Positions 1 through 9,350 of a DNA stretch of 64,000 nucleotides are shown one piece after another. The translations under genes and the position numbers were made by a program. Under the pieces are notes generated by a model. The model ran no database searches. It was given only the letters and a program-made list of their open reading frames with translations, and had not been told where the DNA came from. How positions within the stretch are numbered: the stretch's first letter is position 1; each line of letters begins with the position of its first letter. Source of the DNA: an uncultured Verrucomicrobiota bacterium (lineage in GTDB: Bacteria; Auribacterota; JABMQX01); NCBI GenBank assembly GCA_964516325.1, contig CAZFAP010000004.1, forward strand, positions 3,073 through 67,072, given 5' to 3'.

Positions 1-3000
1 CGGCGAGCTTTTCGGGCGGCAGAACCAGGGTCATTGTCCCCGCGAAGATTGACGCCAAACATCTCGCAAAGTATGTACTCCAGTACAAAATCGGGCGCGA
101 GGGGAAAGCGTTTCGGAAAAGCCTGTTCTATCTCGCGGACAAGCTCCAGACGGTCGTCCTCGGTCAGCGTGAATATTATGCCGGATCGCTCACAGGCTTG
201 AGAGTCATCGTTCGGAACAAGAGCGCCGACCAGGCAATCGAGGGGGCGAAGGTCTCTATTTCCGTGGAGAAGGAAGGCAAACTCGCCAATCTTTTTGATG
301 GAAAGACGAACGCAGAAGGGACCCTGGATGCATCGTTCCGGATGCCGGAGGGAGAAGAAGGCGCGGCGGAATTGAAGGTGGAGGTCGAGACGGACATCGG
401 GAAAGACGAGATCAAGGAGGGCATTCGCCTCAAGACGGGCAACAAGATTCTTCTGACGACGGATAAGCCGATGTACCAGCCGGGGCAGCTCATCCACATG
501 CGGTCGCTGGCTTTGACCGTCCCGGACTCGAAAGCGGTCAAGGATTCGCCAGCGATCTTCGAGGTCATGGACTCGAAAGGGAACAAGGTCTTCAAGAAAG
601 AGACGAAGACGGACGAGTTCGGAGTTACCTCCGCCGACTTCCAGCTTGCCGATGAGTTGAATCAGGGACGATACACCGTCCGCGTTTCCGTCGGGAAAGG
701 GCAGCAGGAAAAGACGGTAACGGTCGAGCGGTACGTCCTGCCGAAGTTCAAAATCGTCCTCAAGACGGATAGGGATTACTACGAGCCGGGCGAGACGGTC
801 AAAGGGGACGTGCAGGTGGATTATTTCTTCGGTAAGCCGGTGGCGGGAGGGAAACTGACCATCACGTTCTCGAAGTTCGACGTGGGCTTTGAGGAGTTCG
901 CCAAGATTACCGCGGAGCTGGACAACGAAGGGCATTACAAATTCGAGCAAAAGCTGCCGGACGCTTTCGTCGGGCAGCCGCTTGAGCAGGGGAAGGCGTT
1001 TGTGAAGGTGGATGCTTCGGTAGTGGACTCGGCCGACCATAAGGAGCAGTTGACCCGAAACCTCAGCGTTACGAAGTCCGCGATAACGGTGGTGGCAGTT
1101 CCGGAGAGCGGCGACCTCGTGCCGAACGTCGAGAACACGGTCTATTTTGTCACGACCTATGCGGACAGCCGACCGGCGAAGACGGAGATGACTCTTCGGG
1201 TAACCGGAGCGCAGGCCGCGGCAGGAAACCGAATTGCATTGAAGACCGACGAAGGAGGATTCGGCGAATTCTCGCTTGTGCCGCAAAGCGACAAGGTGCA
1301 GTTTGCAATCGAGGGGAAGGACGCAAAGGGGAATCGGTTCTCGGCGACGGTCGAGCTTCAGCCGAAGCCCCAGGGAACGGATAGCATCATAGCGAGGACG
1401 AATCGCGCCCTCTACAAGGTCGGCGACTCGATCGAGGTGAGTCTGGTCTCAACAAAGAAGAAAGGGACTGCGTACATTGACCTCATTCGGGACAATCAGA
1501 CAATTTTGACAAAGACCCTGAATCTCTCGGATGGCACTGCGTCAACAGAGATTGGTCTCGACGAGAACCTCGTCGGGGCAGTCGGGCTGAGTGCCTATAT
1601 CATCTCTGCGGACGGCAACATCGTCCGAGACCGGAAGCTGATGTTCGTGGACCCGGCGAACGATTTGAACCTGACGATTTCCCCGGACAAGGACACCTAC
1701 CTGCCAGCGGAGTACGCGAAGGTGAACTTCAAAGTCGCGGACAAGGGCGGGCATCCGGTCCTCGCGGCGCTCGGAATCATGGTAGTTGATGAGGCGGTCT
1801 TTGCGCTTCAGGAAATGCAGCCGGGGATGGAAAAGGTCTATTTCTACCTCGAAGAGCAGATTATGAAGCCGAGGTACGAGATTCACGGCTATGACATGAA
1901 GGATGTCGTGAAGCCGATGCCGTTCGAAAGGCGCGAAGGGATCGAGCAAGAGCTGGAGATGAAGGAGAAGGCGGCGAGGGTGCTGCTCGCCTCCGCGGAG
2001 GGATTCGCCGCGTACGCCATAGACGTGGACACCTACCGAACGAAGGGCGAGGATGCCGCCTACGGTCTCGCTGTCACGGAGCATCTCACGAAGAAATATC
2101 AGAGGGTCGCGGAGGCGTTTGAGTCCTTCCGCAAGAGAGCGCAGCGAGACAAGGATGCCTATTTCCAGAAGATTGGCTGGGACGCGAACAAGCCAATAAC
2201 GCTTCAGGTGCTCGTGGACCAGAGGTTCATCACAAGGGCGGACATCACAGATTCCTGGGGCAACCCCTTCGAGCTGAAGGGAAGCTGGTGCAATAGCTGC
2301 AAGACCTATCATGGCTTCCAGCTTCTGACCTACGGCGTGGATGGACTCAAAGGGACGGCCGACGACGTGTGGATTCCGGACTATCGGCTCGCTCTCCGGG
2401 ACACTCAGGTTCGCCGTCGAGGGGGCTTGCAGCCGGGGGGCGTGCAAATCATGGAGGAGGCAGTCCAGGCACCGATGGCCGCACTCGCCGGTGACCTTAA
2501 CGGGGACGCCAGGGCGCCGGTCGAGCGCTTCGCTCTGGCGAAATCCGAGGCTAAGGGCGGTGCCGGAGGCGAAGGGGCGCCGGAGCCGCCGCGAGTCCGC
2601 AAGTATTTCCCGGAGACGCTGTACTTCAATCCGCTGCTGATCACGGACGCGAATGGCGTAGCAAGCGTGGAGATCAAGCTGGCGGACTCCATCACGACGT
2701 GGCGGCTCACTTCGATGGCGTCGTCCAAAGACGGGATGCTCGGCTCCAAGACCTGTCCGATGCGAGTCTTTCAGGATTTCTTCATTGACATAGACTTCCC
2801 CATCTCGCTGATCCAGAACGACCAGGTCTCCGTGCCGGTGGCAGTCTATAACTACCTGCCGACGGAGCAGAAGATACGCCTCAAAGCAGAAGAGGCCGAC
2901 TGGTTCACGCTCCTCGACGAGCCGGAGAAGGAAGTTGTCCTCCGACCGGACGAGGTGAGGGCCGTCTATTTCACGATGAAAGTGAACAAGATTGGGAACT

Positions 3001-4691
3001 ACGCCTTCACCGTCTATGGATACGGCGAGAAGAAGAGCGACGCGATTTCCCGCTCCATCGAAATTGAGCCGGACGGGAAAGAAACGCTGTTCAACGCCAC
3101 CGGGCGGCTGGAAAAGGAAGTCGCGGCACTCGTCAACATCCCGGAGAATGCGATTGATGGAGCGAGCAAGATTTTCGTGAAGGTTTATCCGGGCGTGTTC
3201 TCACAGGTGGTCGAGGGAATGGACAAGATTTTGCAGATGCCGTTCGGGTGTTTTGAGCAGACCTCTTCGGCAACGTATCCGAACATCCTCGTTCTCGACT
3301 ACATGAAGTCCACCGGAAAAGTCACGCCGGAAATTCAGATGAAAGCGGAAGGGTTCGTGAATGCCGGCTATCAAAGGCTTTTGAGCTACGAGGTGCAGGG
3401 CGGCGGGTTCGAGTGGTTCGGCAAGGCGCCGGCACATAACGTCCTGACGACGTATGGGCTGATGGAATTCTTCGACATGAGCAAAGTGCACGATGTTGAC
3501 CCGAACGTCATCGCCCGGACTCAGGACTGGCTCGTCAAGCAGCAGCAGCCCGATGGCTCGTGGAAGCCGTCGGAAGGAGGAATCGCCGAGGGAGCGATTG
3601 ATAAGTTCCAGAACGACCTTCTCCGCACGACCGCCTATGCGACGTGGGGGCTGCTGGCAACGGAGTACAAGGGTCCGGCAATTGCGAAAGCCGTTCAGTA
3701 CATCGAGAAGAACATGGACAAGGCGCTCGACAACTACACGCTGGCGATGCTGGCAAACGCGTTTGTCCTCTATGACAAGAACGGCGCGACGGCAGCCGCT
3801 CTTATCCGCCAACTTCTGGACAAGAAGGTCGAGGAAGAGGGGCTGATTTACTGGCCGATGAAGGAGCAGACGCCGACTTTTGGAAGAGGAGAATCGGGCG
3901 TGATTGAGACGACGGCGCTGGCTTGTCAGGCGCTTCTCCGCTACGGCAAACATCCGGCAGTCGTCACCAAGGTCAACGATTACCTCGTCAAGAAAAAGGA
4001 CCCGAATGGCACGTGGCACTCGACGCAGGCGACGATTCAGGCTCTCAAGGCGCTCGTGATGTCCATCAAGGAAGCCACGCAGGAAGTGGAGGGTTCGATT
4101 CGCGTCGCCATCAACGGGAAAGAGGCAGCCGTCCTGAAGATAGACCGGACGAACTCGGACGTGCTTCGGCTTGTGGACCTCAAGAGCATGACCGTCGAGG
4201 GAGAGAACACCGTCAAGCTCAACATCGAGGGTGAAGGGAGCATGTTCTATCAGGTCGTCGGGCGGTATTACCTGCCCTACCGCGAGCTGCATGCCGAGAA
4301 AGAGCCGATGAGCATCGAGGTCAAGTACGACAAGACCGAGCTTGCCGTCAGCGACACGGTCGGATGCAACGTAACGGTCACAAACAACCGCCCGGCAGCC
4401 GCGAAGATGGTCATCGTGGACATCGGATTGCCGCCCGGATTCACGGTTCTGACCGAGGATTTGAATGACCTGGTCGAGAAGGGCGTGATGGAGAAGTATT
4501 CGCTCACCGGTCGTCAAATCATCGTCTATCTGCGGGAGGTGCCGGCCGATCAGCCGATTGCCCTGAAGTACCGTCTGATGGCTCGCTTCCCCATCAAGGC
4601 CAAGGCTGCCAAGTCCATCGCCTATGAATACTACGATCCCGACGTCAGGGACGAAGCACCGCCGGAGGAAATCCTGGTAAAGGCGAAATAG
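1..4691 (+). CDS. Alpha-2-macroglobulin family protein, 5'-truncated by the window edge. The reading frame is open back to position 3, and the ORF track starts at a TTG at 198.
   Basis: Protein of about 1500 aa with MG-domain-like N-terminal repeats. Thioester-region motif MPFGCFEQTSSATYPN, a CxEQ variant, at nt 3249-3260. Typical A2M receptor-binding-like C-terminus. No stop upstream in frame 0. Confidence 0.85.
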   Translation, partial: ASFSGGRTRVIVPAKIDAKHLAKYVLQYKIGREGKAFRKSLFYLADKLQTVVLGQREYYAGSLTGLRVIVRNKSADQAIEGAKVSISVEKEGKLANLFDGKTNAEGTLDASFRMPEGEEGAAELKVEVETDIGKDEIKEGIRLKTGNKILLTTDKPMYQPGQLIHMRSLALTVPDSKAVKDSPAIFEVMDSKGNKVFKKETKTDEFGVTSADFQLADELNQGRYTVRVSVGKGQQEKTVTVERYVLPKFKIVLKTDRDYYEPGETVKGDVQVDYFFGKPVAGGKLTITFSKFDVGFEEFAKITAELDNEGHYKFEQKLPDAFVGQPLEQGKAFVKVDASVVDSADHKEQLTRNLSVTKSAITVVAVPESGDLVPNVENTVYFVTTYADSRPAKTEMTLRVTGAQAAAGNRIALKTDEGGFGEFSLVPQSDKVQFAIEGKDAKGNRFSATVELQPKPQGTDSIIARTNRALYKVGDSIEVSLVSTKKKGTAYIDLIRDNQTILTKTLNLSDGTASTEIGLDENLVGAVGLSAYIISADGNIVRDRKLMFVDPANDLNLTISPDKDTYLPAEYAKVNFKVADKGGHPVLAALGIMVVDEAVFALQEMQPGMEKVYFYLEEQIMKPRYEIHGYDMKDVVKPMPFERREGIEQELEMKEKAARVLLASAEGFAAYAIDVDTYRTKGEDAAYGLAVTEHLTKKYQRVAEAFESFRKRAQRDKDAYFQKIGWDANKPITLQVLVDQRFITRADITDSWGNPFELKGSWCNSCKTYHGFQLLTYGVDGLKGTADDVWIPDYRLALRDTQVRRRGGLQPGGVQIMEEAVQAPMAALAGDLNGDARAPVERFALAKSEAKGGAGGEGAPEPPRVRKYFPETLYFNPLLITDANGVASVEIKLADSITTWRLTSMASSKDGMLGSKTCPMRVFQDFFIDIDFPISLIQNDQVSVPVAVYNYLPTEQKIRLKAEEADWFTLLDEPEKEVVLRPDEVRAVYFTMKVNKIGNYAFTVYGYGEKKSDAISRSIEIEPDGKETLFNATGRLEKEVAALVNIPENAIDGASKIFVKVYPGVFSQVVEGMDKILQMPFGCFEQTSSATYPNILVLDYMKSTGKVTPEIQMKAEGFVNAGYQRLLSYEVQGGGFEWFGKAPAHNVLTTYGLMEFFDMSKVHDVDPNVIARTQDWLVKQQQPDGSWKPSEGGIAEGAIDKFQNDLLRTTAYATWGLLATEYKGPAIAKAVQYIEKNMDKALDNYTLAMLANAFVLYDKNGATAAALIRQLLDKKVEEEGLIYWPMKEQTPTFGRGESGVIETTALACQALLRYGKHPAVVTKVNDYLVKKKDPNGTWHSTQATIQALKALVMSIKEATQEVEGSIRVAINGKEAAVLKIDRTNSDVLRLVDLKSMTVEGENTVKLNIEGEGSMFYQVVGRYYLPYRELHAEKEPMSIEVKYDKTELAVSDTVGCNVTVTNNRPAAAKMVIVDIGLPPGFTVLTEDLNDLVEKGVMEKYSLTGRQIIVYLREVPADQPIALKYRLMARFPIKAKAAKSIAYEYYDPDVRDEAPPEEILVKAK

Positions 4692-5067
4692 GCGGGGACA
4701 GAAGGTCGGTGAAATCCAGGATGTACGTGGCTGGACAGAAGACGTGCTGCGTCGCTCGGAGAAGAAGTTGTTGGGCCTTCGTTGTCTGGATCGCGCAGGA
4801 AGGCAAGCGGTAAGAAGCCGTCAAGAAGCACTCTGCCGTGCCTTGTGGGGGTCAATCAAAGCCACGTGTTGGATGTGACCCCAAACGGCAGGGTCACTTC
4901 GAGTCGGTGATCTCCTGTTGGTAAGTTCACGGCAGAACTCCGGATTCCTGGCCTTGAGCAGTTTCGTGGCCTGCGACTCAGCCTGCGAAGACCCGCAGAA
5001 GAACACTCCGGCCGCTGTCAACAGACGGGCCATAATCGTATGTTGTTTCGTCGTGTGGATCACCCAG

Positions 5068-5919
5068 CTACTGCCAACATGCTTTATTCATCTCGACGAA
5101 CGCTTCGAACGACGTTGGCTCGCTGCCGGTAACCAGTCTGACATCATCCGTGACCGCTGCCGTGTAACCAGCCCGGACGGCAGCGTAGAGCGCTCTCATG
5201 TACTGCACCGCGCCTTCAGGCATACCCATGTGCCTTGCTCCCTGCAGCATTGCCTCTTCGGACAGGGGTTGGTACGTGATCTTCTTGCCGATGGCCTTGC
5301 TGATGGTTTTCGCTACTTCAGTGTGGTCGAGGGCGTCCGGGCCAGTAAGATTGTACTCCTTGCCGAAAAGCTTCTCTGCAAAGGCCGTGGCCGCCACTTC
5401 GGCGATGTCTTTGGTCGAGATGAAACTGGTTTTGCCGTCCCCAGCGGCAAGGAAGATGCTCCCCTGACTCTTTATCATGGGAGATACAAAACCGGCCGAG
5501 AAATTCTCCATGAAGAAGTTCGGACGCAGAATGGTGTAGTGCACGCCCGAGGCGATCAGGGCCCGTTCGACAATGCGCAGCGGCGCCTGCTCGTTCTGGT
5601 CCACGCCCAGAGCGGAGTTGAACACGATGTGTGCGACCCCAAGTGTCTTGGCCTTCTCGATGACCGGTTCCAGTTTTGCCGCCGCCTCCGGGTCCATGGG
5701 TGGAGCAACCAGGAACACGGCTTTGACGTTGGAAAGTGCTGCGTCGAGTGTGGAAGGATCGTCATAGTCCATCCTCACCGCCTCAACGTTCTCTGCCGAG
5801 GGTATGGTTTCAGGGTGACGTGATGCCGCCTTCACACGGAAGCGTTCCCTTGTGACGGCCTGTACCACGCCTCTACCAAGATTACCCGTCGCGCCAGTTA
5901 CCAGGATTGTGTCTGTCAT
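5068..5919 (-). CDS. NmrA-family NAD(P)-binding protein (atypical SDR)
   Basis: N-terminal Rossmann motif ILVTGATGNLGRGVV. Length 283 aa. Sits downstream of a MarR gene on the same strand. Confidence 0.8.
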   Translation of the reverse strand: MTDTILVTGATGNLGRGVVQAVTRERFRVKAASRHPETIPSAENVEAVRMDYDDPSTLDAALSNVKAVFLVAPPMDPEAAAKLEPVIEKAKTLGVAHIVFNSALGVDQNEQAPLRIVERALIASGVHYTILRPNFFMENFSAGFVSPMIKSQGSIFLAAGDGKTSFISTKDIAEVAATAFAEKLFGKEYNLTGPDALDHTEVAKTISKAIGKKITYQPLSEEAMLQGARHMGMPEGAVQYMRALYAAVRAGYTAAVTDDVRLVTGSEPTSFEAFVEMNKACWQ

Positions 5920-6030
5920 CGTTCATCCTCCTTCTTGCTGTTTTGAGAACTCCCTTATGTCTTCAGCCTCCGCAAATCGCCTCACATGGTTCGCCGCCGA
6001 ACGAATAGTCCAAAAAATTGCCGCCCATGT

Positions 6031-6501
6031 TCACTGCGCCCCCCTGAGGTTTCGTTCAAGCTCAGACAAAAGTCGAAAAAGCGTCTCTCGATCCTGCTGG
6101 GACATGGACCCGTAAAGACGGCGAATCAGTCTCTCGGATATATGATCGAAGTCCGGCTTCAACGCCCGTCCCTTCTTTGTCAGCTCGACTAAGACAACGC
6201 GCCTGTCTGTGTCGGACGGCGTCTTGTGAACGTATCCATGCTGGTCTAACGTATTCAACATGCCGGTTACCGTGGACTTCACCCGCCCGACACGTTTCAC
6301 AACCTCTTTGATGGCGACGGCCCGACGCTGTCTAAAGAGGTAACTCAACACGGCGCCATGTGCAGGCAAAAGCCCCGTAATGGAGCGGCTTCTCAACTCC
6401 TCCTCAATCAACAGATTCGCCTGCTCACGAATCCGCGCTATTTGCCCGATAATACCGCGAGTGTCCGCGCGTCGTTTCTCTTGTCTGTGATTCGAATTCA
6501 T
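6031..6501 (-). CDS. MarR-family transcriptional regulator
   Basis: 156 aa with a winged-HTH region (SITGLLPAHGAVLSYLFRQRRAVAIKEVVKRVGRVKSTVTGMLNTLDQHGYV). Likely co-transcribed with the nmrA-like gene. Confidence 0.8.
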   Translation of the reverse strand: MNSNHRQEKRRADTRGIIGQIARIREQANLLIEEELRSRSITGLLPAHGAVLSYLFRQRRAVAIKEVVKRVGRVKSTVTGMLNTLDQHGYVHKTPSDTDRRVVLVELTKKGRALKPDFDHISERLIRRLYGSMSQQDRETLFRLLSELERNLRGAQ

Positions 6502-6513
6502 AATCTACCCGGC

Positions 6514-6542
6514 ATGATAGTTCGCCACCGAACTATTGTCAA
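6514..6542 (-). promoter_or_regulatory. Putative sigma70-like promoter for marR with an overlapping 8+8 inverted-repeat operator
   Basis: Minus strand reads TTGACA-N17-TATCAT, then 12 nt, then ATG. The spacer contains the perfect palindrome ATAGTTCG-GTGG-CGAACTAT (plus-strand coordinates 6517-6536). Confidence 0.45.
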
Positions 6543-6732
6543 GCGTAAATTTGCCTCTGGAGGTGCTGCCGTCCCAGAAGCCGTGTGTAGCGCGTCGCTC
6601 AAGCCGGTTTTTCGGCCTTGCGATGCAGGGGAACACCCGCGATTGTAAGCTGCGGGTTACTCCTCTGGACAAACCTGGGAGGGGACGGAGGTCGCTGCGC
6701 GCTTCGGATGGCAGCGGACTGTGGACCTGGGC

Positions 6733-6903
6733 CAGGTCGTCGTGAAGTTGGCCGGAGCTGAATAGCCGGCGACGTTGAAGTACCGCTTGATAGCTCGATT
6801 CCCTATCAAAGCAAAGGCAGCTAAGTCGGTGGCTTATGAATACTACGATCCGGGCGTGACGGACGAAGCGGCTCTGCAAGAACTTCTCGTGAAAGCTCAG
6901 TAA
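6733..6903 (+). pseudogene. Relic of an alpha-2-macroglobulin C-terminus, a pseudogene fragment
   Basis: Translation QVVVKLAGAE*PATLKYRLIARFPIKAKAAKSVAYEYYDPGVTDEAALQELLVKAQ* matches the real A2M C-terminus (QIIVYLREVPADQPIALKYRLMARFPIKAKAAKSIAYEYYDPDVRDEAPPEEILVKAK*) at both the aa and nt level. It has an in-frame TAG at 6763-6765 and no upstream ORF. Confidence 0.55.
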
Positions 6904-7270
6904 CCGAGCTTCGACCGTTCCTGCAAATCCGCGCCGGGGCGCTCAACCTCTTTGGGCGCTCCGGCTTTTTGTCACTCGCAGGCGCGGTGGCGCGAAGATG
7001 CCGCTGTGTTTTCCTGGCATAGCTGTGGTCTGTTCCCCTCATCATAGGGATGGACGGCACCGAAAGGCCGCAGCGGACGAACTTGTTGCGCCCTATGCTC
7101 GCGTTCGCCGTTGCTGTGCGATGGGTATCTTGCCCGCCAAGGACCTGCTATTGAGGGGTGCTGCCAGAGGCAGGATGCCGCCGAGAATTCCATGGCATGC
7201 AGGTGCCTTCTCCCCTTTCCCCAAAATCGCGCGCGGCCAGAACCGGTTTCACGGCCATCCGCTTTATTCG

Positions 7271-7299
7271 TTGACACCGCCACCGTTTTCGGGTTACTT
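7271..7299 (+). promoter_or_regulatory. Putative promoter of the NHL-repeat gene
   Basis: TTGACA (7271-7276), a 17-nt spacer, then TTACTT (7294-7299), about 40 nt upstream of the RBS AAGGAGG and the ATG at 7339. Confidence 0.3.
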
Positions 7300-7338
7300 T
7301 CTCTGCCGAAAACTTGCAAGTTAAAAGGAGGGGATGCC

Positions 7339-9348
7339 ATGAGAACACAAAAGCGATGGAACATTGCTGCTTCGGGCCTTACGGTGTTGTTCGTCTCTGG
7401 CGTTTTTCTGACCGGAGACGCCAGCGAGTCCTACTTGTTTGTGAGAGCGTGGCCGCCCGTGGGTGACGCTTGGAGTTTCAGTGGGCCCTGCGCGGTGGCG
7501 GTGGACTCATCCGGAAGCGTCTTCGTAGTTGAGAGCTGGGGCGACAGAGTCAAAAAGCTCGACTCGTCGGGAAAGTGGCTTGCTGAGTGGGGTGGTCCAG
7601 GTGGCCCGGACGGAGAATTCGACGAACCCTCGAGCATCGCCGTGGATTCAGGAGGAAATGTGTATGTAGTTGACAGCGGCAACAACAGGATCCTGAAGTT
7701 TGACGGGGGCGGGAGGTTCATCCTGAAGTGGGGCAACGAGGGCGACGGAGACGGAGAGTTTGAGAATCCGCACGGCGTGGCGGTAGATTCATCCGGAAAC
7801 GTCTACATAGCCGATACGTATAACGACAGGATTCAAAAGTTCGACTCGTCCGGAAAGTTCTTAGCCGAGTGGGGCTCGGAAGGCTCCGGTGATGGGGAGT
7901 TCGCCAGTCCTTATGGCGTCGCCGTAGATTCATCCGGAAATGTCTATGTAGCCGATAGCTATAACAACAGAATTCAGAAGTTCGACTCGTTGGGAAACTT
8001 CTTAGGAAAGTGGGGCTCCTTAGGCGACGCCGACGGAGAGTTGGACAGTCCCCATGGCGTGGCCGCAGATTCATCCGGAAATGTTTATGTAGCCGATACC
8101 GTTAACGACAGGATTCAGAAGTTCGACTCATCGGGAAAGTTCTTGGCAAAGTGGGGCTCCTGCGGCAACGCCGACGGAGAGTTCGACAATCCGCAGGGCG
8201 TGGCCGTAGATTCGTCCGGAAACGTCTATGTAGCCGATACGTACAACGACAGGATTCAGAAGTTCGATACGCAGGGAAATTTCAGGGTGACCTGGAGCTA
8301 CACAGGTTACTCAGATGGTGAGTTCTCCTGGCCCACAGGCCTGGCCGTTGATCGCTCGGGAAGCATCTACATCGCAGACACTTGGAACAGCAGAATCCAG
8401 AAATTCGATTCCTGCGGCAAATTCACGGCTGCCTGGGGCTACTACGGCCGCGGCAACGGAGGGTTTGAGGACCCCGAGGGCATAGCGGTGGATTCATCCG
8501 GGAACGTCTATGTCGCAGATACCGGCAATCACAGGATCCAGAAGCTCGACTCCTCCGGCAGGTTTCTTGCCGCCTGGGGTTACCTGGGTTCGGATGACGG
8601 GGAGTTCTTCATGCCGAGCGGCATAGCCGTCAACCCTTGGGGAAACGTGCTTGTCGCAGATACGGGAAACGGCAGAATCCAGAAGTTCGACGCCTCGGGA
8701 AAATTCCTGCTGAAGTGGGACCTGGAAGGCGCGGCCGCTGGACGATACTCATACCAGCACGGCATAGCCATTGACTCATCGGGAAATGCCTACGTGCCGA
8801 CTTGGAGCTCGATTCAGAAATTCGATACATCCGGGAAGCTACTGTGCGAGTGGGGCACGGGCGGGAATGGCGACGGCCAACTCTCGGGGCCCTCAGGAAT
8901 AGCAATAGATTCATCTGGCAACCTCTTCGTCGTGGACACGTACAACAACAGGGTTCAGAAATTCGATCCTACAGGCAGGTTCATCACCAAATGGGGTTCT
9001 CTTGGGTCCGACGATGGAGAGTTCTATGAGCCGACCGGGATAGCTGTCGATTCGTCGGGAAATGTCTATGTCGCCGACACCCAGAACGACAGAATCCAGG
9101 TGTTCCAACGTGGTCCAAACATTCGGATCACGGGCTCGGCCGATTCTCCCCTCGTCGAATGGGATAGCGAAGGAGGCGGAAACTACAGGCTGTGGCTGTC
9201 CGCGGACCTTTTCGATTGGATAACGGCCGGTGGCATTCAGCCGGCCTCGCCGCTGGGCATCAACATGTGGATGGACGACGGCGTGCACACCCTCGGCCCG
9301 CCTCACAAGGCGGGACGCCGCTTCTACCGGGTCGAAATCCTGCAATAG
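7339..9348 (+). CDS. Secreted NHL-repeat beta-propeller protein (12 NHL repeats) with a C-terminal FN3-like RFYRV module
   Basis: RBS AAGGAGG 7 nt upstream of the ATG. Signal peptide [26 protein letters not shown]. Twelve ~47-aa repeats of the form [43 protein letters not shown]. C-terminus ...[22 protein letters not shown]...[12 protein letters not shown]. Confidence 0.85.
   Translation: [669 protein letters not shown]
7489..9110. repeat. Tandem ~141-bp coding repeats (NHL units) inside the NHL gene
   Basis: Twelve consecutive near-identical 47-codon units are visible at the DNA level, for example recurring gattcatccggaaa(c/t)gtctatgtagccgatac. Confidence 0.7.
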
Positions 9349-9350
9349 TT

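Noticed and set aside
3201-4517. 438-aa minus-strand ORF antisense to the A2M gene
   Set aside because: Arg/Leu/Pro-rich translation typical of a GC-rich antisense frame. It lies entirely inside a well-supported plus-strand gene and has no motifs.
6536-7060. Small ORFs (6536-6745 plus-strand, 6505-6879 minus-strand, 6821-7060 minus-strand) around the A2M relic
   Set aside because: Mutually overlapping with no RBS. The region is better explained as a decayed A2M 3' end plus the NHL promoter region.
9120-9348. Interpreting the shared RFYRV tail as a T9SS (Por) C-terminal sorting domain or PEP-CTERM
   Set aside because: T9SS CTDs continue ~10-15 residues beyond the GxY motif and usually end in Lys. 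PEP-CTERM needs a P-E-P motif, a TM helix and an Arg cluster. Neither fits, and no T9SS components were seen. I kept it as an uncharacterised FN3-like tag.
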